From: a virus
Length of the DNA stretch: 64,000 bases
Reading direction: 5' to 3' (one strand)
IMG/VR virus record: IMGVR_UViG_3300025087_000038
Location: 63,008-127,007 of that record
Numbering within the stretch: the stretch's first letter is position 1; each line of letters begins with the position of its first letter. This document shows, one piece after another, positions 7,760-17,240 of the stretch. Under the pieces are notes generated by a model that was given only the letters and a program-made list of their open reading frames with translations, searched no databases and was not told where the DNA came from. Both the position numbers and the translations under genes were made by a program.

Positions 7760-10220
7760 TTCACAAACTTTAAAAGAAGATCCTTTTTATTACATAACAC
7801 CCCCAAGTTGTAATAAATGTAAGTTGTGCGAAACAAGTTCGGCAAGGGGAATAGTAGAAACTTGTATTCCTGGTTGTGGACCTATTGTAAAAGAGGGTTA
7901 TTTATATGACCCAACAATGAGACCTATTGAGATAATGTTGGTAGGAGAGGCGCCTGGTTACGATGAGGTTCTACAAAGAAAACCTTTTGTAGGAGAAGCT
8001 GGAAAAGTTTTAGATAAATGTTTAACAGAAGCCGGGGTTGAACGAAGAAGTATTTTTATTACTAATGTAGTTAAATGCCGGCCACTAAACAATGAAACAC
8101 CTCCATTATCTGCCATTAAAGCTTGCGCAGAATACTTAGACAAAGAGATAGAAGAAATAAAACCAAGGGTAATTGGACTACTTGGAAATGTCGCGATAGA
8201 ACGAGTTTTAGGAAAGGGTGTAGGTGGAGTTTCAAAAATACGGGGCAATGTCTTTTGGAGTGAAAAATATAATTGTACTTGTATTCCGATGTTTCACCCA
8301 GCATATTTGTTGAGAAATATTGAGCAGGTTTCTTTAGTCGATTACTTAGTGAAAGATTTAAGATTGCTAAAAGAAGCTGCTTTAGTAGAAAAGTATGAAA
8401 AGAAAGTTAAACCCGTTACTTATACTGTTTGCGATACAATTGAAAAAGTAAAAGAATTGTTTGCTAACTTAATGAAAGAACCTGTTTTTTGCTTTGATTT
8501 AGAAACAACGGGATTTGATTTTTTAGAAGACGATATTTTGTGCACATCCTTTTCGTATCAAGAATATACCGCTTTTGTTCTTCCACTCTTTTTAAAAGAT
8601 AATTATTGGAAAGAAAACGAAAAATTTATCATTGAATCTCTTAAGAAATGTTTTGCTAGAACTGATTGTGAGAAAGTCGCGCATAACCTAAAATTTGACG
8701 CAAAGTTTTTAAGACGAATAGGAGTAGAAGTAAAAGGATCAATTTTTGACACGATGATAGCGCATTATTTATTAGATGAAAATGCTAGAGGAGAACATGG
8801 ATTAAAAGATTTGGCCTGGAAGTATACTGACATAGGCGGTTACGATAAAGAAATTAAATCTTTTATAAAAGATGGGTTAGATAAAGCACCTCGAGAACTT
8901 TTATACAAGTATTCAGCTACTGACCCCGATTGTACTATGCGATTGTACAATATTTTTAAACCTAAATTGGAAAAGGAAAAGGTATCTTATTTTTATGCTA
9001 CTTTTATCATTCCAGCTATAAAATTACTAATAGATATGGAATGGGTAGGGGTAAAAGTTGACTCAGGTAGATTAAAATTTTTAGGAAAGAAGTATTCAGA
9101 AATTTTAACGGATATAGAAAGTAGGTTAAGGAATTTTCCAGAGGTACAACAGCTAGAACAACGAACTGGAAAGGCATTTAATTTTAGGTCACCTTTGCAA
9201 TTAAGAGAATTATTGTTTGGGTATTTGAAACTTCCAAGTACTACAACAACTGCTAAGGGATTTGATAGTACGGGCGAGAAAGTTTTAGAAGAAATATCAA
9301 AATTGCATGAGATACCAAAACTTTTGTTAGACCATCGTAAGTATAGCAAATTAAAATTTACTTATGTTGAAGGAATAAAGGATTTGATTGCGAAGGATGG
9401 AAGATTACATACGACGTATCTTCTTCACGGAACTACAACTGGAAGGTTAGCTAGCGCTAAACCAAATTTGCAGAATATTCCTAGGGATGGGGAGATTAAA
9501 TCTATTTTTGTGCCAGGAGAAGGTTGGATTTTTATTGAAGCAGACTACTCTCAAATTGAGTTTCGGGCTTGGGCAAATTATTCTAAAGATACTGCGATGA
9601 TAGAAGATATAAAATCTGGAAAAGATATACATAGAATGATTGCTTCAATTGTGTTTGGTTGTTCTTCAGAACAGATAACTAGATCTCAGAGACAAGTAGC
9701 TAAAGGCACGGTTTATGGTCTTATGTATGGACGTGGTTCAGATTCAATAGCGAAAGAATTTGGGATAAGTGTATTGGAAGCGAAAAAGATTGTTGATGTA
9801 TTTTTTAGTAGATACCCGCAAGCAAAAGAATTTTTAGAAAATATTAAAAAACAAGTTAGAAGAGATGGACGACTAAGGAGTTTCTTTGGTCGGATACGTA
9901 GACTACCTGGTATTCATAGTAGAGATAAGATGGTAGTTGCTGAGGCTGAAAGACAAGCATTAAATTTTCCATTTCAGTCTATGGCTAGTGATATCACTAT
10001 GTTATGTGGTATAAGAGTTCAAGAAGTTATAAAAGAAAAAGGATTCAAATCATACCAGGTTTTAACTGTTCACGATAGTTTAGTGTGGGAGGTTCCAAAA
10101 GAGGAATTAGAAGAAATGCTTAAAATTGTATATGAAGAAACATCAAGACAACTTCCTGGTATTACTGTGCCTATAGAAGCAGAGATTAAAGTAACTAATG
10201 TTTATGGTGGAGAAAAATAA
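7719..10220 (+). CDS. polA: family A DNA polymerase with N-terminal family-4 uracil-DNA glycosylase domain and 3'-5' exonuclease (SPO1-like; start may be GTG 7749)
   Basis: UDG: GEAPG, PFVGEAG, NVVKCRP, FHPAY; exo: DLETTG, HNLKFD; pol: TGRLAS..PNLQNIP, DYSQIEFR, R..AK...YG..YG, VHDS. Confidence 0.93.
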   Translation: MKEEKKALEAVENNSQTLKEDPFYYITPPSCNKCKLCETSSARGIVETCIPGCGPIVKEGYLYDPTMRPIEIMLVGEAPGYDEVLQRKPFVGEAGKVLDKCLTEAGVERRSIFITNVVKCRPLNNETPPLSAIKACAEYLDKEIEEIKPRVIGLLGNVAIERVLGKGVGGVSKIRGNVFWSEKYNCTCIPMFHPAYLLRNIEQVSLVDYLVKDLRLLKEAALVEKYEKKVKPVTYTVCDTIEKVKELFANLMKEPVFCFDLETTGFDFLEDDILCTSFSYQEYTAFVLPLFLKDNYWKENEKFIIESLKKCFARTDCEKVAHNLKFDAKFLRRIGVEVKGSIFDTMIAHYLLDENARGEHGLKDLAWKYTDIGGYDKEIKSFIKDGLDKAPRELLYKYSATDPDCTMRLYNIFKPKLEKEKVSYFYATFIIPAIKLLIDMEWVGVKVDSGRLKFLGKKYSEILTDIESRLRNFPEVQQLEQRTGKAFNFRSPLQLRELLFGYLKLPSTTTTAKGFDSTGEKVLEEISKLHEIPKLLLDHRKYSKLKFTYVEGIKDLIAKDGRLHTTYLLHGTTTGRLASAKPNLQNIPRDGEIKSIFVPGEGWIFIEADYSQIEFRAWANYSKDTAMIEDIKSGKDIHRMIASIVFGCSSEQITRSQRQVAKGTVYGLMYGRGSDSIAKEFGISVLEAKKIVDVFFSRYPQAKEFLENIKKQVRRDGRLRSFFGRIRRLPGIHSRDKMVVAEAERQALNFPFQSMASDITMLCGIRVQEVIKEKGFKSYQVLTVHDSLVWEVPKEELEEMLKIVYEETSRQLPGITVPIEAEIKVTNVYGGEK

Positions 10221-10252
10221 TTTAAAGTAATTCTTTACTTTTTTAAAATTTT

Positions 10253-10262
10253 GTAGTATAAT
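10253..10262 (+). promoter_or_regulatory. GTAGTATAAT promoter motif
   Basis: exact copy of the recurrent intergenic motif. Confidence 0.65.
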
Positions 10263-10283
10263 ATTAATGTAAGGAGGAAAGAT

Positions 10284-10505
10284 ATGAGAGTATATGTAGT
10301 AACTAGTGGAGAATTGGGAGAAGGCGGCAATGTTTTAGGGGTTTACAAATCCCAATCCCTCGCGGTTAAAAAAGCTCTCAAAGAACCGACGAGGGCTGGT
10401 TATGGGTGGGAGAAGGATAAAATAATTGATGGAAAAGATGATAGATGGATAAACGGGTGCGATTTTGTTAAAGTAGAATCCTTTAAATTGGTAGAAAGGG
10501 GATGA
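10284..10505 (+). CDS. hypothetical phage protein
   Basis: AGGAGG RBS; MRVYVV..GE...VLGVY pattern common in small phage proteins. Confidence 0.55.
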   Translation: MRVYVVTSGELGEGGNVLGVYKSQSLAVKKALKEPTRAGYGWEKDKIIDGKDDRWINGCDFVKVESFKLVERG

Positions 10506-10508
10506 AAA

Positions 10509-11486
10509 ATGAAAATAGTAGAATTAAAGGATAAGTTAGAAGAAATAGAAAGAACAGAAAGATGTATAGAATTAGATAATGTATCAAGATTAAAGTATAA
10601 AGGGCCATCAGGCAAGGGGTTTACGTTTACCTTAGCTGATGCTGAATTGAACTTTGAAGGCAAAGAACTTGCTCTACTTTGTCAGAACGTAGATGTAAAT
10701 CTTCCTTTTACTCGGAAGTGTTCAGATCCTTTAAAGGAAACTCTGTTTACAGAGTTCCTAAGTAGGCCCGGGAAGAGTTTAAAGTTGGTAGCGAGAGAGA
10801 ATCAAGTAACAGGTGTTTTACCATTTAGAACACCTTATGTTCCTTCCTCTAAGTTAGTTGATGTTGTCGCTACTGCAATAGAAGCAGTTGATGTAGAGTA
10901 TAAGAATTATAATGGAACAAGAATCTTCGACTTCGTTAGTAAGATTAATGCTGAACCAAAAAAGAGAGTTGGAGACGTAACAAAAGCCGGAATAACATTG
11001 TTAGAAAATAGGTCAAACGTTTTAACTTCATATGAAGTTAATGTAGGCGGATTTTTGTATCGGTTAAGTTGTAGTAATGGTGCTGTAACAAGAACAGAAA
11101 GTCTTCACCGGATAGGCGGAAAAACAGTAGAAGAAATTTTAAACGGCGTAGGAAATACAACAAGGAAAGTGTTTGAAGTAGTGAGCAAGGAAGACCTCCT
11201 ACAGTTTGTCCATCTTGATGATGTAAAAGCTGAAGACCCCTCAAACTTAGTTCATAGGTTGTCAAGAGATAGTAGAATTCCTGCTTCACTTGAAAGAAGA
11301 ATTTTAGATAGAATTCCAGAATTGGGTTTAAATCCAACTATGTATGACGTAATAAACCTAGTAACGAGTGTTGCTAACGATGAGAAACTTTCAATTAGAA
11401 ATAGTAGATTACTGCAAGTAATGGGTGGCCAATTGACTATATCGGCGGAACATCGTTGTCCAACTTGTAAGGTAATATTGAATTGA
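10509..11486 (+). CDS. DUF932/DUF945-like phage protein
   Basis: GFLYRLSCSNG motif, T.YD.IN.VT C-terminal motif. Confidence 0.55.
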   Translation: MKIVELKDKLEEIERTERCIELDNVSRLKYKGPSGKGFTFTLADAELNFEGKELALLCQNVDVNLPFTRKCSDPLKETLFTEFLSRPGKSLKLVARENQVTGVLPFRTPYVPSSKLVDVVATAIEAVDVEYKNYNGTRIFDFVSKINAEPKKRVGDVTKAGITLLENRSNVLTSYEVNVGGFLYRLSCSNGAVTRTESLHRIGGKTVEEILNGVGNTTRKVFEVVSKEDLLQFVHLDDVKAEDPSNLVHRLSRDSRIPASLERRILDRIPELGLNPTMYDVINLVTSVANDEKLSIRNSRLLQVMGGQLTISAEHRCPTCKVILN

Positions 11487-11490
11487 ATTT

Positions 11491-11569
11491 CTACTTTAGG
11501 AGTAGTGTAGTGGTAGCACACCTGACGAAAGGATGGGGGCGAGAGTTCGAATCTCTCCTTCTTTAGTAG
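11491..11569 (+). ncRNA. tRNA-like element (D- and T-arms, degenerate anticodon arm, no CCA)
   Basis: D-arm GTGT-AGTGGTA-GCAC, T-arm GAGAG-TTCGAAT-CTCTC, extended terminal stem CTACT..AGGAG/CTTCT..AGTAG. Confidence 0.55.
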
Positions 11570-11713
11570 GTATTAAGGGATTAAAATGAAAAAAGAGCAT
11601 ATCAGAAAATTCTTATGTGATAGTTGTAAATATATAGTAAAGGGAAAGAGATATTGCAAACACGGCGGAAAACAAGGATTAAAAAGTAGGTGTAGTATGA
11701 AGAAAGGAAAAAT

Positions 11714-11914
11714 ATGATAAACGGATATTGTGTTACTAATCTCGATGGTTTTAAGGACGAAAATTGGCCTACTAAATTTTCTTGTAAGCCAGGGGCGGGA
11801 GATTGTGTCGAGGCGGCAAGCGGCAAAATGCTACGTGTAGTTTCTGTTACACATAGAATTAGGCCGAATGGGGATCCTGCATTACGTGTAGAGTTGCATA
11901 CGCAATGCAGGTAA
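11714..11914 (+). CDS. hypothetical protein
   Basis: AAGGA RBS, + strand ORF. Confidence 0.5.
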   Translation: MINGYCVTNLDGFKDENWPTKFSCKPGAGDCVEAASGKMLRVVSVTHRIRPNGDPALRVELHTQCR

Positions 11915-11926
11915 TAAAAAGAAATT

Positions 11927-12122
11927 AGGGCATAAGGAGTTCCTATACAAAATCCTGTTAAGATTACTCCTCGCTCTTTAAGATTAAGGCATAAGCGGTT
12001 CCTATTACAATTTGTTTATCTACAAAATTACTGCTCGCCTTTATGAAGATAAGTTGTAAGACATAAGGAGTTCCTATTAAAACTCAGCCGAAAGGCTGAT
12101 TGGTTAATACTCCTCGTCTTAC
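11927..12122 (+). ncRNA. three tandem copies of a structured RNA motif (11927-11977, 11986-12041, 12056-12122)
   Basis: shared layout stem-ATAA-stem-TCCTAT-variable hairpin-stem-TC-stem with compensatory changes between copies. Confidence 0.7.
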
Positions 12123-12144
12123 TATAAAAAGGGGGATGAATGAA

Positions 12145-14061
12145 ATGGAATCGGTAGTTAGATTGTTTCGGGCATTACCTATAGATGCAAGGGTATCTGT
12201 AAGTAGGAAAGCTACTAAATCTTTGTTAAAAGAAACGATAGGTAAAGGGTTTATCTTTTCTCCTGAAGTGATTTCTCATTATTCTGAGCATACTCTTCTT
12301 TCCCTGATACCAACTATATCAAAAGAGATAGGATTATCTGCCAATAAAATGAACGCCGCCTTCCATAAATCCTGGAAGAAAGTAGCAACTGCTGATATAG
12401 AAGAACTAATAATGGAACAGATATGCCATTACATTACTACGTATGGATATGAAAGTTTGGGAATATACGATGAAAGTACTGTCTATATTCCTTTAGAAAA
12501 GTTAGATATACCCAAATTAGATACCGATAAAATGTTCCTTGTAGTTATTAAAGGCTATACTAAAGAAGAATTAAAAGGGAAGTTAATAACACTTTTAGGT
12601 TCGGGGATAGCGTTAAAAGAAGATACCAAAAAAGATGTTATAGATGTTGCGACATATGTAGGCATAACTGAAAAAGAGGTATCTGAAATAAAGAATAAAG
12701 AAGTAAGGGCGGCATTATATGATTATTTAGGTATGGTACCTGAGAACCCAATAGAGTTTCTTCGGTTTATGATTTATAAGTCTACTAATAAGACATTGCT
12801 AATTAAGAATGATGCGCTTATTAAAGAGATAAAGTCTAAAGATAACCTTGGTAGTCTTGGGTTATTAGAACGATATGGGTCTAAACACGGATTTGAAAAG
12901 TTAGCAGAAATATTTTACCGGTTTAGACCGTTGTGGTTGGCGTTTAGGACCAGCAAGAAACTGAAAATCATAATAAACAGGATAAGAAAACTAGCCATTA
13001 AATACCATAAACCTATGCCGGAAGATTACCTAAATACTATTACGTCCAGAATAAAGGATTTAACCATTAAAGAGAGTACTTTAAAGGAAAAGTTAGGTAA
13101 GGTAAACATATTTAGGAAGATACGATTAGCATATGCTTTAAAGTTTAGAACAGGTAAAGCAGAATCTATTTTGTATAGAATAAGAAACGGGAAGAGTTAT
13201 GCCAAGGGGTTTAGTTTTAATCAACAAGTGTCTGCTAAAATGGTATTAGACATTGTTAAAGAATCTATCATTAACGACATTAAACCCGCCGTAGAAGGTA
13301 AAAAGATTTATATTCCTTCTCATATAATTTATGCCTTGCCTGCAACGGAGAAACAATTTACTGGAGATTTCCCGTCTGGAACCTGCATATCTATTCCTAA
13401 AGATATGGTGTTTGGCATACATTGGGAAAACGTAGAAGAAAACCGGATAGACTTAGACTTATCTTTAATAACCGTAGAAGGAAATAAGATTGGATGGGAT
13501 GGATGGTATCGAAATGCAGAGAAAACTATTTTATTTTCCGGTGATGTAACCGATGCTCCAAAAGATAAAGGAGGGGCAAGTGAATTATTTTATGTAAAAC
13601 GCCAGGTAGATACTAATGCTATTCTAATGGTTAATTACTTTAATTTTGATGAGACAATAGAAGTTCCTTTTAAGATTCTTGTGGCTAAAGAACTGGTAAA
13701 AGATTTTGATAGGAACTATATGGTCAATCCCAACAATGTGGTAGGTGTAACTAAAACCAATATTAAAGAAGGAAGGCAAAAAGTATTGGGTATAATTTCT
13801 GTTACAAAAGATGTCTGCAAATTCTATTTTGCGGAAACATATCTTGGCGATTCTATAACTTCGTATGGTAATGACTATTCTAATCATGCGAGACAATACT
13901 TACTCGATTTTTATAGTAATATGATTAGTTTAAACGAAGTGCTAGAGGAAGCAGGCGCAAATCTTGTTACTAATGCTGAGAAATGTGATATAGATTTGTC
14001 GCCGGAGAAATTAGAAAAAGATACAATAATACAGTTATTGGTGGAAGGAAAAAGAAAATGA
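12145..14061 (+). CDS. large conserved protein with C-terminal TerD-like domain (ORF track start 12100 lies inside the RNA motif; ATG 12136/12145 follows a G-rich RBS)
   Basis: GIHWEN...IDLDLS...IGWDG...FSGDVTDAP...GASE TerD-like signature. Confidence 0.6.
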   Translation: MESVVRLFRALPIDARVSVSRKATKSLLKETIGKGFIFSPEVISHYSEHTLLSLIPTISKEIGLSANKMNAAFHKSWKKVATADIEELIMEQICHYITTYGYESLGIYDESTVYIPLEKLDIPKLDTDKMFLVVIKGYTKEELKGKLITLLGSGIALKEDTKKDVIDVATYVGITEKEVSEIKNKEVRAALYDYLGMVPENPIEFLRFMIYKSTNKTLLIKNDALIKEIKSKDNLGSLGLLERYGSKHGFEKLAEIFYRFRPLWLAFRTSKKLKIIINRIRKLAIKYHKPMPEDYLNTITSRIKDLTIKESTLKEKLGKVNIFRKIRLAYALKFRTGKAESILYRIRNGKSYAKGFSFNQQVSAKMVLDIVKESIINDIKPAVEGKKIYIPSHIIYALPATEKQFTGDFPSGTCISIPKDMVFGIHWENVEENRIDLDLSLITVEGNKIGWDGWYRNAEKTILFSGDVTDAPKDKGGASELFYVKRQVDTNAILMVNYFNFDETIEVPFKILVAKELVKDFDRNYMVNPNNVVGVTKTNIKEGRQKVLGIISVTKDVCKFYFAETYLGDSITSYGNDYSNHARQYLLDFYSNMISLNEVLEEAGANLVTNAEKCDIDLSPEKLEKDTIIQLLVEGKRK

Positions 14062-14249
14062 ATCAAGTTGCCTGGGGTATTATTAGAGGATTTATTGCAG
14101 GAGTTGCGATTTTAGCGGTTTTTGGATTTTTATTTGGGAAATGGGATAGTAAAGAACTTATGGTGTACGGGTTATCTGTGTTTGTAATGATAATGGGTGC
14201 TCTACTAATTGGTAAATTTTGTTTTCCATTCTAGTTTAAAGGGGGAAAA

Positions 14250-14741
14250 ATGATACCAGAAATACAATTAGATGAAGAAACAAAAGAACTAGCAAAAGTA
14301 AAAAGTTGGCAAATAGACTGGATACAAGAATTAGAGGGAGAGATACCAATTGATGTAAATGTTACTATAGACCAGGCGCGGAATTTAATGGTCAAGTTCT
14401 GGGCAGCTTGTGGTAACATAATCAATATGAAAGCTGGAATACGAAACTACAAAAATAGTGTTGACCATAGTAAAGATGTAATGTTTATCCAGTTGAAGAT
14501 GGTTGCAAAACAAGAAGGAACCAAAGAACTATCGGATGCGGCAAGGATAAGGATAGCAGAATCAGACCCGGTTTATTTGAGCAGATGTCAGGAGCGAGAT
14601 AGGGCAGTAGCGTTGTATGAATGGATAGAAGAAAAACTAAAACATATCGAACGTGGGCACTATATGTGTAAGTTTTTAGCTGGTGATATGCAAGGCGATA
14701 TGAATAGGACACCTGGTATAGAAGTAGGAAAGAATGGATAA
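14250..14741 (+). CDS. hypothetical alpha-helical phage protein
   Basis: GGGGG RBS, coiled-coil-like composition. Confidence 0.5.
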   Translation: MIPEIQLDEETKELAKVKSWQIDWIQELEGEIPIDVNVTIDQARNLMVKFWAACGNIINMKAGIRNYKNSVDHSKDVMFIQLKMVAKQEGTKELSDAARIRIAESDPVYLSRCQERDRAVALYEWIEEKLKHIERGHYMCKFLAGDMQGDMNRTPGIEVGKNG

Positions 14742-14873
14742 AGGGATGAAAGATTGGTTTGATACTTGGGGAACACAATTGATTATTGTAATTTTGCCCC
14801 CCCTTTGTTTTAGCGTTTATACAAATGAATAATGATGCGCATAGAACGGGTAGAAAGGAGGCGATAATAAGAG

Positions 14874-15110
14874 ATGATTAAAATGAATAAGGGTGTGGTG
14901 TTAGGTTTTACTCCGGTAGAGATTATGATAGTCGTTGCAATTATAGGATTGTTCATCGTCACTGATATACTCGGTAGAAGGGAGATAAAAGAAAAAAGTA
15001 GGAACAAACAAGAAAGCGGGGTAACTTACTATGGTAATAGTATAGAAATACGGGTAGACGGAAATAGGTTAGACGGAAAAAGAGTAAAGTTAGAAATATC
15101 TACCAAATAA
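14874..15110 (+). CDS. prepilin-type N-terminal (type IV pilin-like) peptide
   Basis: GFTPVEIMIVVAIIGL resembles the G|FTLIE cleavage/methylation motif. Confidence 0.6.
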   Translation: MIKMNKGVVLGFTPVEIMIVVAIIGLFIVTDILGRREIKEKSRNKQESGVTYYGNSIEIRVDGNRLDGKRVKLEISTK

Positions 15111-15120
15111 AGGAGGAGTA

Positions 15121-15267
15121 ATGAACAAATGATGTACTTTAGTAGAGACTATGGTAGTCGTTGCAATTATAGGATGTCTGGCATTGATATTAGCACCAGT
15201 TGTGCAGAAGGTAGCAACGGGGGGCAAACGGGGTGAATCGCACGGAGTAATAGTTTACCAACGGTAG
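15121..15267 (+). pseudogene. second prepilin-like peptide interrupted by TGA at the conserved Gly position
   Basis: MNK*CTLVETMVVVAIIG; 15142-15174 is 31/33 identical to 14916-14948; AGGAGG RBS. Confidence 0.5.
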
Positions 15268-15372
15268 TAACCGGGTCGGGGCCTGTGCCTATAATAGATA
15301 TTTTTAAAGGGTACACTACAACAAGTGAACAAGAAAGGACACATAAATAAAAAATGGTAAGGGAGGTGAAAA

Positions 15373-15738
15373 ATGGCTAATTTAGATGATTTGAATATGT
15401 TTCTTAAAAAGGACGACTTGAAGGAAGGCGATGAGATAATTTTCTGTAACGCTGGTGAAATAAAAGATATAGATTTCTCTAAAGGGCAAGATGGTTCTGA
15501 AGTAAGGAGAGCTTTTCAAGTATCTGTAGAAGTAGAAGGAAGACCCGGAGAAAAACTTTATACACCCAATTCTACAACAATCCACGCTCTTTCTGCATCT
15601 TGGGGTAAGGATACCGATAGTTGGGTAGGAAAGAAAGGAAGAGTTTCTTTTGTTAAGCAATTAGCTTTTGGAAAATTAACTGACGTGTTAATTTTACAGC
15701 CAGTAGTAATAGTACCTTCAACAGCTCCTACAACATAA
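15373..15738 (+). CDS. putative single-stranded DNA-binding (OB-fold) protein
   Basis: N.TT...L...WG.DTD.WVGK motif of phage SSB-like proteins; sits before ruvC/recA. Confidence 0.5.
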   Translation: MANLDDLNMFLKKDDLKEGDEIIFCNAGEIKDIDFSKGQDGSEVRRAFQVSVEVEGRPGEKLYTPNSTTIHALSASWGKDTDSWVGKKGRVSFVKQLAFGKLTDVLILQPVVIVPSTAPTT

Positions 15739-15744
15739 GGAAAA

Positions 15745-16212
15745 ATGGTTACTTTAGGACTTGATGTTTCAACAGTGGCGGTTGGTTGGGCTTTATGGAA
15801 AGATGAAGTAGGAATAGAAGGGACAGGGATGATTGAGTTTGATAAAAAGTCATCCCTACCTTCTAAACTTAGATATGCTAATAGCTATTTTCAGCATTTG
15901 TATGAAACCTTGAAACCGGATAAGGTAGTAATGGAAGATTCTTATTTTTCTTTCAACATTAAAACATTAAAGGTTTTGTGCATGGTTCAAGGGGCAGTTT
16001 TAAGTAGCTGGAACGGTGAGAATGTAATACTTGTAAATGCTTCAAGAGCAAGAAAACAATTTGGAATTGAAGGGAAGGGTAAGGGACAAGGAAGAATGAA
16101 AAGGGAAGAAGTAAAAAAAGTAGTAAAAGAAAAAATAAAAGAAAAATTTGGAATTGAAATACAAAACGATGACATAGCAGACGCCATCGTTTTAGCTTGT
16201 TATAAGGAGTAG
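15745..16212 (+). CDS. ruvC: RuvC-like Holliday junction resolvase
   Basis: LGLDVST..VGWA, VVMED, DDIADAI. Confidence 0.8.
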   Translation: MVTLGLDVSTVAVGWALWKDEVGIEGTGMIEFDKKSSLPSKLRYANSYFQHLYETLKPDKVVMEDSYFSFNIKTLKVLCMVQGAVLSSWNGENVILVNASRARKQFGIEGKGKGQGRMKREEVKKVVKEKIKEKFGIEIQNDDIADAIVLACYKE

Positions 16213-16214
16213 AA

Positions 16215-17240
16215 ATGTTAGAAGATACTCTAAAAGCTTTGGAAAAGAAATTCGGAAAAGGAACTATTTGTATAGCTAGTCAAATGCTAGGAACAACTTT
16301 AGAAAGAGAGAGTACGGGTTCTTTAGCTTTGGATATTGAAACTGGAGGGGGATTTCCTAAGGGGCGAGTAGTTGAAATCTACGGCGACGAAGCAAGTGGG
16401 AAGACATCTTTAGCATTATTAACGGTAGCAGAGATGCAAAGGAAAAGTGGTAAGGTAGTTTGGGTAGACGCTGAAGGAACCCTTGATAGACCTTGGGCAA
16501 AAACTTTAGGGGTGGATTTGGATAAGTTATATCTTTCTGTTCCGGAAACTGGTGAAATAGCTTGCGATGTTTTGGATTCAGTAGTAAGGTCTGGAGATTG
16601 TAGTTTAGCTGTTTTAGATAGTGTAGCAGCGCTTATTCCTGTAAGTGATGTAGAAAAGTCTATGGTAGATGATCCTGAAAGATTAGGCGAACGTGCAATG
16701 ATGGTAAATAGGTTAGTAAGAAAACTTCAAAGCGCTTTAAACATAAGAACTGGCGAAGATAGATTACCCAACAACTGTATAGTAATTTTTATAAACCAAA
16801 TAAGAGAAGCAATTGGCATTTATGGGAACCCCGAATTTACTCCTGGTGGAAGAGGTAAAGATTTTTCATACAGTATAAGACTTCACATAAGAAGAGGTGA
16901 TTGGATAGAATTAGGCAAAGGAAATGAAAAAGAAAGAATAGGTTATACCGTTAAATTTAGAACTACTAAAAACAAAACATACCCCCCACATAGAGTGGGG
17001 GAGTTTGATTTTTACTTTAAAGGTGATAAGGCTGGAAAAATAGATAAAACGAAAGAGGTAATGATTTACTCAATTTTATATGGACTAATTGAACAAGCCG
17101 GCGCATTTTATACAATTGGAGAAGAAAAAATTCAAGGAAAAGAAACTGTAAAAACTTATCTAGATAGTAAACCAGAACTAGTAGAAAAGTTGAAAAAAGA
17201 TTTATGTAGTATAATCTTTAAAGAAAGCGGAGTAAAATGA
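16215..17240 (+). CDS. recA: RecA recombinase
   Basis: STGSLALD, GRVVEIYG..ASGKT, DSVAAL, FINQIR, TPGG, KNK. Confidence 0.93.
   Translation: MLEDTLKALEKKFGKGTICIASQMLGTTLERESTGSLALDIETGGGFPKGRVVEIYGDEASGKTSLALLTVAEMQRKSGKVVWVDAEGTLDRPWAKTLGVDLDKLYLSVPETGEIACDVLDSVVRSGDCSLAVLDSVAALIPVSDVEKSMVDDPERLGERAMMVNRLVRKLQSALNIRTGEDRLPNNCIVIFINQIREAIGIYGNPEFTPGGRGKDFSYSIRLHIRRGDWIELGKGNEKERIGYTVKFRTTKNKTYPPHRVGEFDFYFKGDKAGKIDKTKEVMIYSILYGLIEQAGAFYTIGEEKIQGKETVKTYLDSKPELVEKLKKDLCSIIFKESGVK

Noticed and set aside
11522-11545. Hammerhead ribozyme core (CTGACGA)
   Set aside because: No stem II followed by GAAA and no matching stems I/III
11496-11566. Functional tRNA gene
   Set aside because: No canonical anticodon stem-loop, acceptor mismatches, no CCA; kept only as tRNA-like
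11927-12122. Mini CRISPR array
   Set aside because: Conserved parts are paired arms with compensatory changes, gaps between units are only 8-14 nt, and no cas genes are seen
12100-12144. TTG start at 12100 for the 653-aa ORF
   Set aside because: Lies inside RNA motif copy 3; ATG 12136/12145 follows a G-rich RBS
15130-15132. TGA read as Gly (genetic code 25), suggested by the interrupted pilin
   Set aside because: Many well-defined genes (folE, recA, sbcD, rfbF, rfbH) end at TGA at their expected C-termini, and long genes contain no in-frame TGA
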